NCBI GenBank assembly: GCA_963784375.1 | Contig: CAWAQY010000001.1 | Span: 140,486 to 204,485 of the forward strand | From: an uncultured Chloroflexia bacterium | GTDB taxonomy: Bacteria > Chloroflexota > Dehalococcoidia > GIF9 > UBA5629 | Reading direction: 5' to 3' | Length of the DNA: 64,000 nucleotides | In this document: piece after piece, positions 61,343 to 64,000 of the stretch | How the letters are laid out: the number at the start of each line of letters is the position of its first letter | Numbering within the stretch: the first letter of the stretch is position 1 | Position numbers and translations under genes: made by a program | The notes under the pieces: generated by a model | Told to the model about the DNA's origin: nothing | Database searches by the model: none | Seen by the model: the letters and a program-made list of their open reading frames with translations, nothing else

Positions 61343-62602
61343 CTAAACGTGTTTAGACCGCTTTCTCAGCAAGTTAAGTACCAATCTCTCCTCATCCGCC
61401 TTTGTTCTAACCTCTCCATCCAGTTTTGCTTTACGCAGTGAATTCAACATCTTACCCAATTCAGGCCCCGAAAATACTCCGATTTGCTTCAAATATTCCC
61501 CATTGAGTATCGGCTTGATATTCCGAAGTTTGGTCAAATACAACCGAATTCTTTTTTTTATGATATCTGATTGTGCCGCCAGCATATTGGCTTCAACAGC
61601 CGGAATAGGGTACTGATGAAGCATCTGATATACATCGCTGGATTTTAGCGCGCGCTCCTCCAGGAAATTGAGTTTGTTTTTTAGCACCAATGTCTGGCGC
61701 ATGGCTTCTGCCAAGGTTTTAGAAAAGTTAAGCCGGCCTAAAAATTCATCATTTTGATTTCGAGTCAAGCGGTAGATCAGCAAATTTAAATAAAGCGGAA
61801 TAAGTGAACTTCGCTTTTGTACAAGTCTTGCTTTCTTAAATTTCTCGGTCAGCCATTCATCACCTGAAAGAGAACAATGCAGTTCCTTTAATACGCCGAA
61901 TTGCCCGGCTCGAATTAAAACCCGCTCGGGAAATTCCTCCATCAACGTCAGCATAAGCTCATGCCTGAGACGGTCGCCGCTAATGGTTTTAAGCATGCCA
62001 ATATTTCGTTCCAGAAGTTTAGCAGTGTGCGATTCTAAGGAAAAACCTAATCTTTGTTCGTAACGAAATGCCCGGAAAATCCTGGTGGCATCGTCCCGAA
62101 AGCTGTTAACGTGCAAAACACGAATAAGACAATTCTTAATATCGTCCTGACCGTTGTAAATATCAATAAGCTCACCAAACCTTTTTGGGTTAAGAAAAAG
62201 TGCCATAGCATTAATGGAGAAATCCCTGCGAAACAGATCTTCGGCAATGCTGCCCGGTTGGACATCGGGCAAGGCACCGGGACACTTATATGTTTCCCGC
62301 CGAGCAGTAGCTAAATCAAGACTAAAGTCAGTAAAATTGAGTTTAGCAGTCACAAAACGAGGATGAACTACCAGGGACACCCCACAGCTTTTTGCCAGTT
62401 TCTGTGCCAGTTCAATGGCATCACCCTCAACAACTAAATCAAAATCAAGGTTCACACGCCCCAGAAAAATGTCGCGAACAACTCCACCAACAAGATATAT
62501 CTTCTGTCCCGATTTCTCAGCCTGGCCGCCAGCTTTCCTCAGAAGTTCTAAAATCGGTTGTGGGAAATATGACTCTAATCGTGAAGCTAAAGTTTTCGTC
62601 AT
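61343..62602 (-). CDS. cca: tRNA nucleotidyltransferase / poly(A) polymerase family protein (CCA-adding enzyme)
   Basis: YLVGGVVRD..LG....D.D.VV, RRD..INA. 419 aa. Confidence 0.75.
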   Translation of the reverse strand: MTKTLASRLESYFPQPILELLRKAGGQAEKSGQKIYLVGGVVRDIFLGRVNLDFDLVVEGDAIELAQKLAKSCGVSLVVHPRFVTAKLNFTDFSLDLATARRETYKCPGALPDVQPGSIAEDLFRRDFSINAMALFLNPKRFGELIDIYNGQDDIKNCLIRVLHVNSFRDDATRIFRAFRYEQRLGFSLESHTAKLLERNIGMLKTISGDRLRHELMLTLMEEFPERVLIRAGQFGVLKELHCSLSGDEWLTEKFKKARLVQKRSSLIPLYLNLLIYRLTRNQNDEFLGRLNFSKTLAEAMRQTLVLKNKLNFLEERALKSSDVYQMLHQYPIPAVEANMLAAQSDIIKKRIRLYLTKLRNIKPILNGEYLKQIGVFSGPELGKMLNSLRKAKLDGEVRTKADEERLVLNLLRKRSKHV

Positions 62603-62684
62603 AATAATGTTTCCGTTTTCGCTTATTAGGTACTCCCCAAATTATAGCTAATTCCAATAAATATAGCTGCATTCCTCATAGTGG

Positions 62685-63374
62685 TTATTTCTTTTTTAAG
62701 CCTTGCAACTTCTTTTGAACCGGTCCACTCGTCAACTCCCTAATAGCATCAGCTGCAATCCACCGGGCACTGTTTGAATCCATTTTTTGGATTTCTTGGG
62801 CAGTGACAATAGATTTACTATTTAAACGCTTACTCCGCTTTCCAATTTGTCTCAATGCCCAGTTGACTGCCTTTTTGACATAGTTTCGTTCATCTGAGGC
62901 CCCGCGCTTTATTAACTCAAAGAATGCTTCGAATCGGTCATCAACTGCCTTTTTATCGCTGACGGCCAACCGCGCCATGAGAACAAATCCAGCCCTCTTA
63001 ATGAACTCCTCGTCTCTGGAGCTCCATTCAGCTGCCTTTTCATAGGCAAATCCGGTATCTTCAAAAAGGTTCATGCAACATTGGTCGCAAACATCCCAGG
63101 AGTCGAAATCTCTGACCCAAGCCTCCATCTGCCCTTCGTTTACTTTCTTTGGGTCGTCGATCATACTCGCCAATATCCGCGCCTCATGTATACCTGATGC
63201 CCAAAGGAGTTGAGCCATAGTGTGGTTGACTCCGATGTCCTTTGCCATCTTCCTTAGATTGGGAATAGAGACTCCGTATGTGTTGTGCGGATTAATACCG
63301 TACCGCGCCATACCTTCCACCGCTTTCGGATTTGATAAAGCTTTGAGTCTTTCCATAGTTTCGGGGTAATTCAT
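62685..63374 (-). CDS. DNA alkylation repair protein (AlkD-like HEAT-repeat family)
   Basis: YG...P.LR..AK........LW.S...E.R..A, W......WD..D. 229 aa. Confidence 0.7.
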   Translation of the reverse strand: MNYPETMERLKALSNPKAVEGMARYGINPHNTYGVSIPNLRKMAKDIGVNHTMAQLLWASGIHEARILASMIDDPKKVNEGQMEAWVRDFDSWDVCDQCCMNLFEDTGFAYEKAAEWSSRDEEFIKRAGFVLMARLAVSDKKAVDDRFEAFFELIKRGASDERNYVKKAVNWALRQIGKRSKRLNSKSIVTAQEIQKMDSNSARWIAADAIRELTSGPVQKKLQGLKKK

Positions 63375-63475
63375 TTTCCCATCATGTCCTGTTTTTTATA
63401 TCATAAGCCCAAAATTCCAAACCCACCCTTAATTATAGTACCACCACACTAATTATGGGTTAAAGCAAATACTGT

Positions 63476-63499
63476 CTTATTGCAACTAGTTGCAATAAG
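63476..63499. promoter_or_regulatory. Perfect 24-bp palindrome upstream of the metal-binding lipoprotein gene (candidate metalloregulator operator)
   Basis: CTTATTGCAACTAGTTGCAATAAG equals its own reverse complement. It lies 49 nt before ATG 63548. Confidence 0.5.
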
Positions 63500-63547
63500 A
63501 AAGCAGTTTAGATATACTTGTTTATCGCTATCAATTAAAGGGGATTC

Positions 63548-64000
63548 ATGAGAATACTTAATTTCTCAACCAGATTATTTCTATTGTTAAGCCTTTTAGC
63601 CACAATTTTGGCAGGCTGTTCGGGAGCTAATGCTTCTAAATTAAAAGTAGTTACCAGCACATCTTTGCTGGCATATATCGCCCAACAGGTCGGTGGAGAG
63701 AGAGTGGATGTAACGAACCTTATTCCGGCAACACAGCACCCCGGCGACTTTAATGCCACACCCGGCGATATCGAAAGGCTGGCCAGTGCGAAACTTTTTC
63801 TCCTGATGGGCGCCCCGGGAGAGGTTTGGGCTGATAAACTTATTACTTCTGCCAACAATCCCAATCTTACCGTAATCAAGGCTAATATAATAAGTGCAAA
63901 CCTGACACCATCTTTACAACTGGCAGCAACAGATAAGGTTTTGAGTGCATTAATCCAGGTTGATAGCAAAAATACGTCATCATACCAAAAATCAGGTGAT
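63548..64000 (+). CDS. Metal ABC-transporter substrate-binding lipoprotein (ZnuA/TroA family), partial; runs off the window
   Basis: Not in the ORF track because it has no stop. ATG 63548, open for 151 codons. Signal peptide plus LAGC lipobox; KVVTSTSLLAYIAQQVGGERVDVTNLIP...HP is typical of cluster-9 SBPs. Confidence 0.7.
   Translation, partial: MRILNFSTRLFLLLSLLATILAGCSGANASKLKVVTSTSLLAYIAQQVGGERVDVTNLIPATQHPGDFNATPGDIERLASAKLFLLMGAPGEVWADKLITSANNPNLTVIKANIISANLTPSLQLAATDKVLSALIQVDSKNTSSYQKSGD

Noticed and set aside
63535-63969. 144-aa minus-strand ORF
   Set aside because: It is antisense to an open plus-strand frame that has a lipoprotein signal and ZnuA/TroA-like sequence. That frame is absent from the track only because it lacks a stop inside the window.

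Overview
Gene-dense, AT-leaning 64-kb stretch of a bacterial, anaerobe-like chromosome. All homology calls come from reading the translated ORFs against remembered family signatures; no database search or computation was run. I could not place the taxon reliably.

Gene content, left to right:
- Repeat-rich non-coding stretch (1-480).
- Minus-strand type II fatty-acid synthesis operon: two MaoC/hotdog subunits, acpP, FabL-like enoyl reductase, fabF, fabG.
- Pyrogallol-transhydroxylase-like molybdopterin enzyme, MFS transporter, 3-oxoacid CoA-transferase A/B.
- LemA plus M48 peptidase and several small zinc-ribbon proteins.
- Four-subunit 2-oxoacid:ferredoxin oxidoreductase operon.
- Orphan solute-binding lipoprotein, B12-binding radical SAM protein, plsX.
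- A 7.5-kb block (tetR, otsA, otsB, MscS fusion, treT) bracketed by a 99-bp direct repeat of the plsX 3' end.
- ArsB/NhaD-type permease, tandem Usp, xth.
- A small secreted protein built from six 12-residue tandem repeats.
- A Crp/Fnr regulator next to a ferredoxin and small genes that carry Crp-like boxes.
- A 1376-aa fused double-activase/dehydratase-like protein.
- An aldolase/ADH/aldolase trio and an acyl-CoA dehydrogenase.
- A housekeeping run: GuaB3-like, rsmI, metG, polyprenyl synthase, ftsH, rsfS, ndk, tsaB, tsaE, thiL, cyclophilin, long SRP RNA, rsmA, ispE, cca, AlkD-like, partial znuA-like.

I recognised no rRNA, tRNA, CRISPR array, transposase or integrase.

Dominant technical feature: more than 30 reading-frame disruptions, many at homopolymers and many in essential genes. 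I therefore treat most split ORFs in the track as single genes broken by indel errors.

Most interesting biology:
1. The repeat-bracketed trehalose/osmoadaptation block at plsX.
2. The six-fold tandem-repeat secreted peptide.
3. A local Crp-type regulon.
4. The giant activase fusion.
5. A FAS-II operon that uses a two-subunit MaoC-type dehydratase.
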